Source: Candidatus Flemingiibacterium sp.
GTDB lineage: Bacteria; Bacillota; Clostridia; Oscillospirales; CAG-272
DNA: 57,826 nt
Direction: 5' to 3'
Assembly: GCA_045579105.1 (NCBI GenBank)
Contig: JAZNLM010000046.1
Span: 1-57,826, forward strand
In this document: positions 19,536 to 28,667 of the stretch, piece after piece
How the letters are laid out: every line of letters begins with the position of its first letter
Numbering within the stretch: the first letter of the stretch is position 1
The notes under the pieces: generated by a model
What the model saw: only the letters and a program-made list of their open reading frames with translations
Database searches by the model: none
What the model was told of the DNA's origin: nothing
Made by a program: the position numbers and the translations under genes

Positions 19536-19563
19536 TTGACTTTACAAAAAAATATAGTATAAT
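19536..19563 (+). promoter_or_regulatory. candidate sigma-A promoter for tig
   Basis: TTGACT (19536..19541), 16-nt spacer, TATAAT (19558..19563). Confidence 0.5.
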
Positions 19564-19662
19564 ATTATTTGGTATAAATATTAAAATCCCCGCAGTCTGT
19601 GTAAAGCGCAATTTAATGTTGCCCACACGTGCGGCAATATAAATTTTGGAGGAATAAAAAAC

Positions 19663-20967
19663 ATGAGCTTAAAGAATGTAAACAAACTTGAAAACAGCGC
19701 AGTTGAAATCGAATTTACCGCTGATAAGGCGACCTTCGATGCAGCTGTAGACAAGGCGTTCAAGAAAAACCAGAAGAACATTACCGTTCCCGGCTTCCGC
19801 AAGGGTAAGGCTACTCGCGGTATGATTGAGAAGATGTACGGTAAGGGCGTATTCTACGATGAGGCGCTCAACGACATCGTTGGACCTGCATACGAGGAAG
19901 CTATCAAGGATCAGAACTTCGATATCGTAAGCCAGCCCGAGTTTGACGTTGTTTCTATTGAGGACGGCGTTACTTTCAAGGCAAAGTTCTATGTAAAGCC
20001 CGAAGTAGCAATTAAGGATTACCTCGGTATTCCCGTAACCAAGACTGTTCGCGAGGCTACCGACGCTGACGCTGACGCAGAGATCGAGCAGGTTCGCGCT
20101 CGCAACTCCCGTCAGATCGACGTTACCGACCGCGCTGCACAGAATGGTGACCTGACTGTTATCGATTTCGAGGGCTTCGTTGACGGCGTTGCATTCGAGG
20201 GCGGCAAGGCTGAAAGACATCAGCTTACTCTCGGCTCCGGTTCGTTCATCCCCGGATTCGAGGATCAGATCGTTGGCAAGAACATCGGCGATGAGTTCGA
20301 CGTTAACGTAATCTTCCCCACTGAGTACCATGCAGAAGCACTCGCAGGCAAGCCCGCAGTATTTAAGTGCAAGCTCCACGAGATCAAGTTTAACGAGCTT
20401 CCCGAGCTTGACGACGAGTTTGCAAAGGACGTTTCCGAATTTGATACATTTGCTGAATATAAGGCAGACGTTAAGGCAAAGATTCAGGACAGATACAACA
20501 AGGCAGCTGACGGTGAGATTGAGGATCAGCTCATCGTTGCTCTCATCGAAAAGCTTGAGGCTGAGATTCCCCAGCCTATGTTCGATGCTGAAACCGAGAA
20601 CTTTGTTCGCGACTTCGACAGCAGACTCCGCATGCAGGGCCTTGACCTCAAGACCTACTTCCAGTACACAGGTCTTACTCTCGATGCACTCCGCGAGCAG
20701 ATGGCTCCTCAGGCAGAGCGTCAGGTTAAGACCAGACTTGCCCTTGAGAAGATCGTAGAGCTTGAGAAGATCGTTCCCACTGAAGACGAGATTAACGAAG
20801 AGTATGACCGCATGGCAAAGGCGTACAACATGGAGATTGACAAGATCAAGGAAATGATTGACCCTGCTATGGTTACCGCAGATGTATCCGTTAAGAAGGC
20901 AGTTGACCTTGTTAAGGAAAAGGCTGTTGTTACCGAAAAGGCATACGAAGAGCCCAAGGCTGAATAA
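19663..20967 (+). CDS. tig: trigger factor
   Basis: N-terminal ribosome-binding GFRKGKATR motif, a central FKBP-type PPIase (DFEGFVDGVAFEGG), synteny with clpP-clpX. RBS GGAGGA. Confidence 0.93.
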   Translation: MSLKNVNKLENSAVEIEFTADKATFDAAVDKAFKKNQKNITVPGFRKGKATRGMIEKMYGKGVFYDEALNDIVGPAYEEAIKDQNFDIVSQPEFDVVSIEDGVTFKAKFYVKPEVAIKDYLGIPVTKTVREATDADADAEIEQVRARNSRQIDVTDRAAQNGDLTVIDFEGFVDGVAFEGGKAERHQLTLGSGSFIPGFEDQIVGKNIGDEFDVNVIFPTEYHAEALAGKPAVFKCKLHEIKFNELPELDDEFAKDVSEFDTFAEYKADVKAKIQDRYNKAADGEIEDQLIVALIEKLEAEIPQPMFDAETENFVRDFDSRLRMQGLDLKTYFQYTGLTLDALREQMAPQAERQVKTRLALEKIVELEKIVPTEDEINEEYDRMAKAYNMEIDKIKEMIDPAMVTADVSVKKAVDLVKEKAVVTEKAYEEPKAE

Positions 20968-21080
20968 TTTGGCGTTTTAAGTATAATAATCAACGGGCGG
21001 CCTACGGTCGCCCGTGTGGTTCTTAAATAGGAAAAAACATTTTTCGAGCTTTTTTGCATATTTGTATTTAGGAGGATATT

Positions 21081-21671
21081 ATGGCACTTGTACCAATGGT
21101 CGTAGAGCAGACCGTCCGTGGTGAGCGTTCTTACGACATTTATTCCCGTCTTCTTAACGACCGTATTGTATTTTTATCCGATGAGGTCAACGATGCAACG
21201 GCTTCCCTAGTCGTAGCACAGCTTCTTTTCCTCGAAGCGCAGGATCCCGACAAGGATATCAGTCTTTACATTAACAGCCCCGGCGGTTCTATCTCTGCTG
21301 GTATGGCTATATACGACACGATGAACTTTATCAAGTGCGACGTATCGACTATCTGTATCGGTATGGCAGCAAGCATGGGCGCGTTCCTTCTTGCGGCAGG
21401 CACGAAGGGCAAGCGTTTCGCGCTTCCCAACAGCGAGATTATGATTCATCAGCCGCTTCTTGGCGGACTTCAGGGTCAGGCGTCCGATATCAAGATCCAC
21501 GCCGATCACATTATCCGTATCCGCGAGAGAATGAACACCATTTTAGCCGAGCGTACCGGGCAGACTGTAAAGCAGATTGAGAAGGACACTAACCGCGACA
21601 ACTTCCTTACCGCTGACGAGGCGTGCAAGTACGGTCTTATCGACAAGGTAATCGAAAAGAGAGAAAATTAA
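21081..21671 (+). CDS. clpP: ATP-dependent Clp protease proteolytic subunit
   Basis: [36 protein letters not shown] (active-site Ser) and IMIHQP. Confidence 0.95.
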   Translation: MALVPMVVEQTVRGERSYDIYSRLLNDRIVFLSDEVNDATASLVVAQLLFLEAQDPDKDISLYINSPGGSISAGMAIYDTMNFIKCDVSTICIGMAASMGAFLLAAGTKGKRFALPNSEIMIHQPLLGGLQGQASDIKIHADHIIRIRERMNTILAERTGQTVKQIEKDTNRDNFLTADEACKYGLIDKVIEKREN

Positions 21672-21673
21672 AG

Positions 21674-22978
21674 ATGTCAAACGAAAAGAGTTCAGAAAAC
21701 AAGCTTCATCGCTGTTCGTTCTGCGGCAGGGATGAAACGCAGGTCGCTTATATGATACCGGCTCCTACGGGCGCTATGATATGCGACTTCTGTATCGACG
21801 CATGCAATCAGATTATCTTCGAGCACGAAGAGGCAATGGACGCTATCGACGATGGCGAGCTTTCGCTTGCAACGCTTCCAAGGCCTGCTGAGATAAAGGC
21901 AATGCTCGACGAATACGTTATCGGTCAGGACGCGGCGAAAAAGGTGCTTTCTGTTGCGGTTTACAACCACTACAAGCGTATACTTAACGCTCCCAAGCCG
22001 GTTAAACGTGGCAGAAATATGCCCGAGGAAAAGGCTTCCGACGAGGTTGAAATACAGAAGAGCAACGTACTTCTTCTCGGCTCGACGGGTGTGGGAAAGA
22101 CTTATCTTGCACAGACACTCGCGAAAGCGCTGAAGGTGCCGTTTGCTATCGCGGATGCGACTACTCTGACCGAGGCAGGCTACGTCGGAGAGGACGTTGA
22201 GAATATTCTGCTTCGCCTTATCCAGGCGGCAGATTACGATGTAGAACGAGCCGAGCATGGTATAATTTATATCGACGAAATTGACAAGATTTCACGCAAG
22301 AGCGAAAACCGTTCGATAACCCGCGACGTTTCAGGCGAAGGTGTTCAGCAGGCGCTTCTTAAAATACTTGAAGGAACTGTTTCAAACGTACCCCCGCAGG
22401 GCGGACGCAAGCATCCGAATCAGGAGTTCATTCAGATAAACACAGCAAATATTCTCTTTATCTGCGGCGGAGCTTTCGACAAGCTTGAGGACCTCATCGC
22501 AGACCGTAAGGGAAGTCAGATGGTGGGCTTCACGAGCGACATCAAGAAGAATGACGAAAAGGTTAAGGCAGGCATTTTCAAGGACGTAACTCCGCACGAT
22601 ATTGTGAAGTACGGACTTATTCCCGAGCTTGTGGGACGTATTCCCGTTATCGTATCCCTCGACAGCCTTGACGAGGCAGCACTTGTACGCATCCTTACCG
22701 AGCCGAAGAATGCGCTTGTTAAGCAGTATCAGAAACTCGTCGGTATGGACGGTGCAGAGCTTGTATTCGAGGAAGATGCGGTTAAGGCTATCGCAAAGCT
22801 CGCTATTGAGCGCAACACCGGTGCGCGCGGACTGCGCGCGATCATCGAGGAGATAATGACCGACGTTATGTACGACGTTCCGTCTCGAGATGACGTCAAG
22901 CGCGTTATTATCACCGCTGATGCGGTTAATAAAAAGTGCGCGGCAACGTATGAAACGGCCGCAGCCGATATAGCATAA
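21674..22978 (+). CDS. clpX: ATP-dependent Clp protease ATP-binding subunit ClpX
   Basis: Zinc-finger CSFCGR...CDFC, Walker [13 protein letters not shown], Walker [10 protein letters not shown]. The start is set at the ATG at 21674, 3 nt after the clpP stop. The track's earlier start overlaps clpP and has no RBS. Confidence 0.95.
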   Translation: MSNEKSSENKLHRCSFCGRDETQVAYMIPAPTGAMICDFCIDACNQIIFEHEEAMDAIDDGELSLATLPRPAEIKAMLDEYVIGQDAAKKVLSVAVYNHYKRILNAPKPVKRGRNMPEEKASDEVEIQKSNVLLLGSTGVGKTYLAQTLAKALKVPFAIADATTLTEAGYVGEDVENILLRLIQAADYDVERAEHGIIYIDEIDKISRKSENRSITRDVSGEGVQQALLKILEGTVSNVPPQGGRKHPNQEFIQINTANILFICGGAFDKLEDLIADRKGSQMVGFTSDIKKNDEKVKAGIFKDVTPHDIVKYGLIPELVGRIPVIVSLDSLDEAALVRILTEPKNALVKQYQKLVGMDGAELVFEEDAVKAIAKLAIERNTGARGLRAIIEEIMTDVMYDVPSRDDVKRVIITADAVNKKCAATYETAAADIA

Positions 22979-22987
22979 AATAAAGAC

Positions 22988-23015
22988 CGAGGCTGTTCCA
23001 ATCGGAACAGCCTCG
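22988..23015. terminator. bidirectional terminator between clpX and the convergent EF-G paralog
   Basis: A 12-bp perfect stem CGAGGCTGTTCC/GGAACAGCCTCG with loop AATC, followed by a T-run. Confidence 0.8.
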
Positions 23016-23024
23016 ATAATTTTT

Positions 23025-25097
23025 TTATTCAGCCTTTGCAGCGTCTGCGATGATCTTTTGCGCAACGTTTGCGGGAACTTCTTCGTAACGCTCAAAGTAG
23101 AAGGTGAATGAGCCGCGGCCCTGCGTGGTTGCACGAAGTGCGATAGGATAATCCATCATCTCTGCCTTCGGAACCTCTGCCTGAACGGTGGTGTAGCCCT
23201 TCTTGCCCTGGGTTGCTTCCATGCCGAGCACACGTCCGCGACGCTTGTTGAGATCGCCTATAACGTCACCCACCATATTGTCGGGAACGATACAGTTGAG
23301 CGCGCCTACAGGCTCGAGAAGCACGGGATTTGCCTTCGGCAGACCATCCTTATATGCAAGGCTTGCCGCCATCTTGAAGGACATTTCAGACGAGTCGACG
23401 TCGTGATACGAGCCGTCGTAAAGGTCAGCGTGGAGTCCTACTACGGGATAACCTGCGAGAACGCCCTTCTGCATTGCTTCCGCAAGTCCCTTTTCAACTG
23501 CAGGGAAGAATCCCTTTGGAACTGCGCCGCCGACTACGCTCTCGGTGAACGTAAGTCCGTCGCCGTCGCCGGGCGCAAACTTGATCTTAACGTGACCGTA
23601 CTGTCCGTGACCGCCTGACTGCTTCTTATGCTTACCTTCGGCTTCAACAGCCTTCTTGATGGTTTCGCGGTACGCGATCTTCGGCTTTTCAAGTACAACG
23701 GATGTGCCAAAGCGGTTCTTTAACTTTGCAACGACCACGTCAAGGTGAATATCGCCAACGCCCGAGATGAGAAGCTGCTTAGTTTCTGCGTTGTTTTCAT
23801 AGCGAGTGGTGAGGTCTTCTTCAAGAAGCTTTGCGATACCAGAGGAGATTTTATCCTCGTCGCCCTTTGCGAGCGGCTTTATAGCCTGCGTTAAGAAAGG
23901 TTCAGGGAATGCGATTCCTCTGTACTTGATGTCCTTTGCAGAAACAGTGAGAGTGTCACCGGTGTTGGTTGCCGCGAGCTTTGCAATCATACCGATATCG
24001 CCGCAACAGAGCGCGTCAACCTCGGTCTGCTTCTTGCCGCGCATGGTGTAGATCTTAGCCATCTTTTCAGCGGTACCGTTTGTGGTGTTGCGGAGCGTCA
24101 TATCACGCTTCAGTGTGCCATTCATAACCTTAAACAGCGACATCTTACCAACGAATGGGTCTGCGACGGTCTTAAATACGAAGATCGAGGTCTCGCCTTC
24201 GGGATCGATTGCGATTTCGTCCTCGCCGTCAGCCGTGATGATAGTTTCGGTCTTGCGAGCCGTCGGACGCGGGAAGGAGTTTGCTATAGTGTCAAGCACT
24301 GCAGTAACGCCCCAAAGCTTTGTAGCCGCGCCGCAGAATACAGGCACGATTTCGCCGTTGATAATGCCGTCATGAACGGCGTTCATCGCTTCATTATATG
24401 TAATGGGTTCTTCATTGAAGAACTTATCCATTAAGTCGTCACTCGTCTGTGCGATCGACTCATAGAGCATATTACGGTATTCCTCGGCGATAGCCTTGAA
24501 ATCCTCTGGGATTTCGGAAACCATATTAGCACCGGTCTTGTCGTAAACCTCTGCCTTCATATCGATGAGGTTCAAGAAACCGATAACCTTGTCGCCTTCG
24601 ATCATCGGAATAAGAAGGGGACATACGGTAACGCCGAACTTTTCACGAAGGGAGTCGAAAACTCTCTTGAATCTTGCTTCGCCGTCATCAAAGCGGTTGA
24701 TGAAGAATGCCTTCGGGATACCTTCGGTTTCGGCGTATTCCCAAGCAAGCTCGGTACCAACCTCAACGCCGCTACGTCCGTCAACAACGATAAGTGCGCT
24801 ATCTGCAACCCTTATACCCTCGAGCATTTCACCCGTGAAATCGAGATAACCGGGAGTGTCAAGGATATTTACCTTGCTGTCCTGCCATTCAAACGGCTCA
24901 ACGGTTGTGGAAAGAGAAAAACCACGGCGGATTTCCTCGGGATCATAGTCACTTACAGTGTTTCCCTCTGGGGTCTTTCCGAGACGGTCAGTCGCTTTTG
25001 CGAGATAAAGCATAGCCTCGCAAAGCGAAGTCTTTCCGCTTCCTCCGTGTCCGAGTAAGGCGACGTTACGTATACTTTTTGTGGTAATCTTGTCCAT
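23025..25097 (-). CDS. elongation factor G family GTPase (EF-G2-type paralog)
   Basis: IRNVALLGHGGSGKTSLCEAML (G1), DTPGYLDFTGEM (G3), NRFD (G4), and EF-G domains II-V through the C-terminus. It is not next to rpsL/rpsG/tuf, and the G1 motif matches the EF-G2 class rather than canonical FusA. Confidence 0.85.
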   Translation of the reverse strand: MDKITTKSIRNVALLGHGGSGKTSLCEAMLYLAKATDRLGKTPEGNTVSDYDPEEIRRGFSLSTTVEPFEWQDSKVNILDTPGYLDFTGEMLEGIRVADSALIVVDGRSGVEVGTELAWEYAETEGIPKAFFINRFDDGEARFKRVFDSLREKFGVTVCPLLIPMIEGDKVIGFLNLIDMKAEVYDKTGANMVSEIPEDFKAIAEEYRNMLYESIAQTSDDLMDKFFNEEPITYNEAMNAVHDGIINGEIVPVFCGAATKLWGVTAVLDTIANSFPRPTARKTETIITADGEDEIAIDPEGETSIFVFKTVADPFVGKMSLFKVMNGTLKRDMTLRNTTNGTAEKMAKIYTMRGKKQTEVDALCCGDIGMIAKLAATNTGDTLTVSAKDIKYRGIAFPEPFLTQAIKPLAKGDEDKISSGIAKLLEEDLTTRYENNAETKQLLISGVGDIHLDVVVAKLKNRFGTSVVLEKPKIAYRETIKKAVEAEGKHKKQSGGHGQYGHVKIKFAPGDGDGLTFTESVVGGAVPKGFFPAVEKGLAEAMQKGVLAGYPVVGLHADLYDGSYHDVDSSEMSFKMAASLAYKDGLPKANPVLLEPVGALNCIVPDNMVGDVIGDLNKRRGRVLGMEATQGKKGYTTVQAEVPKAEMMDYPIALRATTQGRGSFTFYFERYEEVPANVAQKIIADAAKAE

Positions 25098-25334
25098 TGT
25101 GAGATGCTCCTTTTCTGTATATTCTATATAGGGAATTTATCCGCCCGAGCGCTGCTGTTGCGCCAGACTCAGGTAGGCGAATATATATAATTTCTACTTG
25201 TTTGTGGATAAATCATAATATTCGATAACTGACTACATCATATATTATACATTATGCGAAGCGATTTTTCAAGGGGTTTATGGAAAATACTACCCACTGG
25301 AACATAGAAATCAAACGAGCATTTTTGTATACTT

Positions 25335-26294
25335 TCAACAATAAAGTTTTCCTTGATACGTGTCACGTGCATACATCAGCTTATCAATAGTATTCATAAC
25401 GACTAGCTTCTTACGGCTCCACATGGGCGCGATGAGAGTATCTGCCATACCGTCGCCAGTTAGTCTGCCGATAACGGTTTCAGGTGGCATTAACTCAAGC
25501 TGATGCACGATTATGTCGGAGTATTCTTCGAGTGTAAGGCACTCAAACTCGCCGCGATTATACATATCGGCAAGCGGTGTACCCTCGATAACGTGAAGAA
25601 GATGAAGCTTTAATTGGTCGGGGCGGAGAGCCGCGACCTTTTTTGCCGTTTCGAGCATCATGTCGGCGCTTTCACCCGGCAAGCCATTTATTAAATGTAT
25701 GCCGATGTTTATTTTTTTAGACGCCTCACGAAGCTTGTTATAGCCTTCAACAAATTCAGCGAAGGTGTGACCGCGGTTTATTAGTGTGGCGGTACTGTCG
25801 TGCACCGTTTGAAGTCCAAGCTCAACCGTTAAAAACGTTCGCTCGGCGAGTTCTGCGAGATATTCGCAAACGTCATCTTCAAGGCAGTCCGCGCGTGTGG
25901 CAACGCTTATGCCGATGGTTTCGGGAAAGCGTAATGCTGCTTCAAACTTTTCACGCAGTATGTCTGCGGGCGCATATGTGTTTGTGAATGCCTGAAAATA
26001 TGCGATACCAAGCGGCTTAGCCCACTTTTCGGATAGCTTGGCGTATGCTTCGGAGAGCTGTTCTTCGATAGGCTTTGTGCGTTCAGCGCAGAAATCACCT
26101 GAACCGCGTGCCGAGCAGTATATACAGCCTCCCATTCCGCGCGTACCGTCACGGTTGGGACAAGTAAAGCCTGCGTCAACGGGAAGCTTCGCGCATTTGT
26201 CGCCAAATTTCCGGCGCATAAAGTAGTCGTAGGAATGGTAGCGCTTATTTGAGTCGCTGAAGGGGAAGGGATTTGTTTCGGCTTGTGTTGACAT
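25335..26294 (-). CDS. TIGR01212-family radical SAM protein
   Basis: KRYHSYDYFMRRKFGDKCAKLPVDAGFTCPNRDGTRGMGGCIYCS, the characteristic N-terminus and CxxxCxxC-like cluster region of the YhcC/TIGR01212 family. Confidence 0.8.
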   Translation of the reverse strand: MSTQAETNPFPFSDSNKRYHSYDYFMRRKFGDKCAKLPVDAGFTCPNRDGTRGMGGCIYCSARGSGDFCAERTKPIEEQLSEAYAKLSEKWAKPLGIAYFQAFTNTYAPADILREKFEAALRFPETIGISVATRADCLEDDVCEYLAELAERTFLTVELGLQTVHDSTATLINRGHTFAEFVEGYNKLREASKKINIGIHLINGLPGESADMMLETAKKVAALRPDQLKLHLLHVIEGTPLADMYNRGEFECLTLEEYSDIIVHQLELMPPETVIGRLTGDGMADTLIAPMWSRKKLVVMNTIDKLMYARDTYQGKLYC

Positions 26295-26389
26295 AATACC
26301 CCGCCTTATATGTAATATCTGTATGATATAATGATAGCATAAGGAGCAAAAGATTTCAAGCGATATTTACAAAAATTTCGTCAAACCTC

Positions 26390-26418
26390 TTGACAAAACG
26401 GCGCTTATGTGGTATCAT
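26390..26418 (+). promoter_or_regulatory. candidate sigma-A promoter (extended -10) for tRNA-Gly
   Basis: TTGACA (26390..26395), 17-nt spacer ending in TGG, TATCAT (26413..26418). It ends 18 nt before the tRNA 5' end. Confidence 0.55.
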
Positions 26419-26435
26419 AAATAAGTACCAAATAT

Positions 26436-26509
<74 letters not shown>

Positions 26510-26514
26510 AAAAA

Positions 26515-26543
26515 ATCGGAGAGCTTTAGCTCTCCGATTTTTT
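26515..26543 (+). terminator. rho-independent terminator after tRNA-Gly
   Basis: A 10-bp stem ATCGGAGAGC/GCTCTCCGAT with loop TTTA, then TTTTTT. Confidence 0.8.
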
Positions 26544-26623
26544 ACATGATGATAGGCACGATAATCTCGTCTCGAGAACACAAGGAATCTTCGCGCCAAT
26601 AAGATGCACTTAGTGCAGCTTAC

Positions 26624-26656
26624 TGCGTAGGTCAATCGATTCCCACCACTCATCCA
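26624..26656 (+). other. degenerate duplicate of the 3' third of tRNA-Gly (T-arm plus acceptor 3' strand plus CCA)
   Basis: GCGTAGGTCAATCGATTCCCACCACTCATCCA aligns with GCGTGGGTTCGATTCCCATCACTCGCTCCA of the intact gene about 150 nt upstream. There is no matching 5' acceptor strand, so it is not a functional tRNA. Confidence 0.4.
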
Positions 26657-26660
26657 AAAA

Positions 26661-26690
26661 CCGGGGAACCAAAAGGTTCTCCGGTTTTTT
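26661..26690. terminator. bidirectional terminator, also serving the convergent spoIVA
   Basis: Stem CCGGGGAACC/GGTTCTCCGG (one G-U pair) with loop AAAA, flanked by an A-run and TTTTTT. Confidence 0.75.
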
Positions 26691-26700
26691 ACAGTATGAT

Positions 26701-28179
26701 TTACAGTATAATGCAAATGAGTCCGCCGCTTCCTTCGTTGATGATGCGGCCGAGCGTTTCGGAAAGTTTTGTGCGTGCATCTTCGGGCATATGCTCGAGC
26801 TTGGTATGCAGTCCCTCGTTTATGAGCTGGTGAAGCGTTTTACCAAACATATTTGATTGCCATATCTTCGTCGGATCTTCCTCGAACTCCTTGAGCATAT
26901 ATTTTACAAGCTCTTCGGATTGTTGCTCCGTTCCCACCACAGGGCTTATCTCGGTTTCGATGTTTGCCTTTATCATATGAATACTCGGTGCGGAAGCGCG
27001 AAGGCGTACACCGTAGCCCCCAGATTGCTTTACAATCTCCGGCTCTTCGAGGTGCAGATCCGCGGTTTCAGGCATAACGATACCATAACCCTTTTGTTCC
27101 GCATCTTCGAGCGCGAGAGCAACGCGGTCGTATTTTTCCTTTGCGTTACAAAGCTCTAAAAGGAGCTGTATAAGCTTCTTTTCATTTGACACGTCAACTC
27201 CGCAAAGCTCACTTACAGTGCTGTAGTAGAGTCCATCAGCAAGTTCTACCGAGAGCTCTGCCGTCCCGTGACCGAGGTCAATCTTATCTATATTCACGAG
27301 CTTTATCTGCCCGTCTTCGGGAACATTTTCAAAAGCAGTTGATATTTCGCCTATCTTTTTTATCTTTTCCGCGCGCTCAAGGATAAAATTCTTCATATTG
27401 CACATAAGCGGATGCGCAGCATCCAGTGCCTGAGTCCATTCCGGCAGCTTCACCTTTACCTCACACACGGGGAACTCGAGCAGCACAAGCTCTAAAATGT
27501 GACGTATGTCATCCCCGTCAAGGCGCAGACAGTTAACGAGTGCAACGGGGGCGCCGTACTTTTCTTCAAGCTCAAGTGCGAGAGCGATTGCTTGTTCACT
27601 GCTTGGCTCGGCGGTGTTAAGTATAATGACGAACGGCTTACCTGCTGCGATAAGCTCACGTGCAATGCGTTCCTCGGCTTCAACGTAGCTTTCACGATTG
27701 ATTTCGCCGATGGTGCCATCTGTAGTTACAAGCATACCAACTGTAGCGTGCTCGTTTATTACCTTGCGCGTACCAAGCTCTGCGGCCTCAATAAACGGCA
27801 TAGGTTCTGCTTGCCACGGTGTATGTACCATACGAGCAGTGCCGTTTTCAATGTGACCCATGGCATCGGGAACGATATAGCCTACGCAGTCGACCATTTT
27901 GACTTTCATAGTGGCGTTGTCGCTCAGTGTTATTTCAACCGCCTCATCAGGAATGAATTTTGGCTCGGTGGTCATAACCGTTTTTCCCCCAGCACTTTGC
28001 GGCATCTCATCTCTTGCGCGTTCACGCTCGTACTCATCGGCTATTGCGGGTATAACGAGCGACTCCATAAATTTTTTGATAAACGTCGATTTTCCCGTTC
28101 TCACCGGTCCGATAACGCCCAGGTAAAACGTACCTGCCGTGCGCTCGGCTATATCCTTGTAAACCCTTGTGTCTTGCAT
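26701..28179 (-). CDS. spoIVA: stage IV sporulation protein A (spore coat morphogenetic ATPase)
   Basis: YKDIAERTAGTFYLGVIGPVRTGKSTFIKKFME (Walker A) and conserved sequence through to the C-terminus GGLICIIL. The start is set at MQDTRVYKD, preceded by AGGGAGGA. Confidence 0.92.
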   Translation of the reverse strand: MQDTRVYKDIAERTAGTFYLGVIGPVRTGKSTFIKKFMESLVIPAIADEYERERARDEMPQSAGGKTVMTTEPKFIPDEAVEITLSDNATMKVKMVDCVGYIVPDAMGHIENGTARMVHTPWQAEPMPFIEAAELGTRKVINEHATVGMLVTTDGTIGEINRESYVEAEERIARELIAAGKPFVIILNTAEPSSEQAIALALELEEKYGAPVALVNCLRLDGDDIRHILELVLLEFPVCEVKVKLPEWTQALDAAHPLMCNMKNFILERAEKIKKIGEISTAFENVPEDGQIKLVNIDKIDLGHGTAELSVELADGLYYSTVSELCGVDVSNEKKLIQLLLELCNAKEKYDRVALALEDAEQKGYGIVMPETADLHLEEPEIVKQSGGYGVRLRASAPSIHMIKANIETEISPVVGTEQQSEELVKYMLKEFEEDPTKIWQSNMFGKTLHQLINEGLHTKLEHMPEDARTKLSETLGRIINEGSGGLICIIL

Positions 28180-28212
28180 TGCTATTTCCTCCCTAAAGAT
28201 AGTTACTGACAC

Positions 28213-28242
28213 ATTTATATTACAAGGATGCGGATAATATGA
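28213..28242 (-). promoter_or_regulatory. candidate sigma-E-type promoter for spoIVA
   Basis: On the minus strand: TCATATT (28236..28242), 15-nt spacer, ATATAAAT (28213..28220). This is the same geometry as the candidate upstream of the spoVB-like gene. Confidence 0.3.
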
Positions 28243-28267
28243 CTAATATGTAAAATGGGATTAAACG

Positions 28268-28300
28268 CTTGCAGGAGCGGTGGCTGACCGCTCCTGCAAG
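28268..28300 (-). terminator. strong hairpin downstream of the Spo0A_C-like gene pair
   Basis: A 14-bp perfect stem CTTGCAGGAGCGGT/ACCGCTCCTGCAAG with loop GGCTG. The U-tract on the minus strand is weak (CGTTTAATCCCATTTT). Confidence 0.65.
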
Positions 28301-28319
28301 ATTTTCGTATTATGATAGT

Positions 28320-28667
28320 TCAGTCATTGTGAATACACTTTGCGAGTGCCGATATTACGAGTGCGCTTGACGGATAAGCATCCATTCTATCAGTAAAGAG
28401 AAGATTGTCAAGGCTTCCGTGGTCGAAGGCGTATTCTATCGCGTGCCTACATCCGCGCGCAACACTTGATATTGATGTGTTGCCGCACAGACGCGCTACT
28501 TTGGGAAAGAGCGTTTTGGTTACGTATTCGGTAAGCTCGGGCGAACGGTATGTCAAGGCTACGGCACAGCGTAGATATTCATAGCCCCGAAGTTCGGCAG
28601 GAAAACCATATTCCAGGAGTATTTTGGCAGCTCGCCCCTCAAGCTGTGTATCGCGGTGATATGACAT
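28320..28667 (-). CDS. stand-alone Spo0A C-terminal (DNA-binding effector) domain protein, no receiver domain
   Basis: 115 aa. LEYGFPAELRGYEYLRCAVALTYRSPELTEYVTKTLFPKVARLCGNTSISSVARGCRHAIEYAFDHGSLDNL aligns along its length with the Spo0A effector domain as I recall it from B. subtilis (GVPAHIKGYLYLREAI...[34 protein letters not shown]), including the RHAIE recognition-helix motif. Confidence 0.75.
   Translation of the reverse strand: MSYHRDTQLEGRAAKILLEYGFPAELRGYEYLRCAVALTYRSPELTEYVTKTLFPKVARLCGNTSISSVARGCRHAIEYAFDHGSLDNLLFTDRMDAYPSSALVISALAKCIHND

Noticed and set aside
21623-21673. N-terminal extension of clpX overlapping clpP in the ORF track
   Set aside because: There is no RBS. ClpX proteins begin just before the zinc-finger CxxC, and the ATG at 21674 sits 3 nt after the clpP stop.
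23025-25097. Tetracycline ribosomal-protection protein (Tet(M)/Tet(O)-like)
   Set aside because: At 690 aa the length matches EF-G rather than Tet(M), the G1 motif is of EF-G2 type, and there is no mobile-element context.
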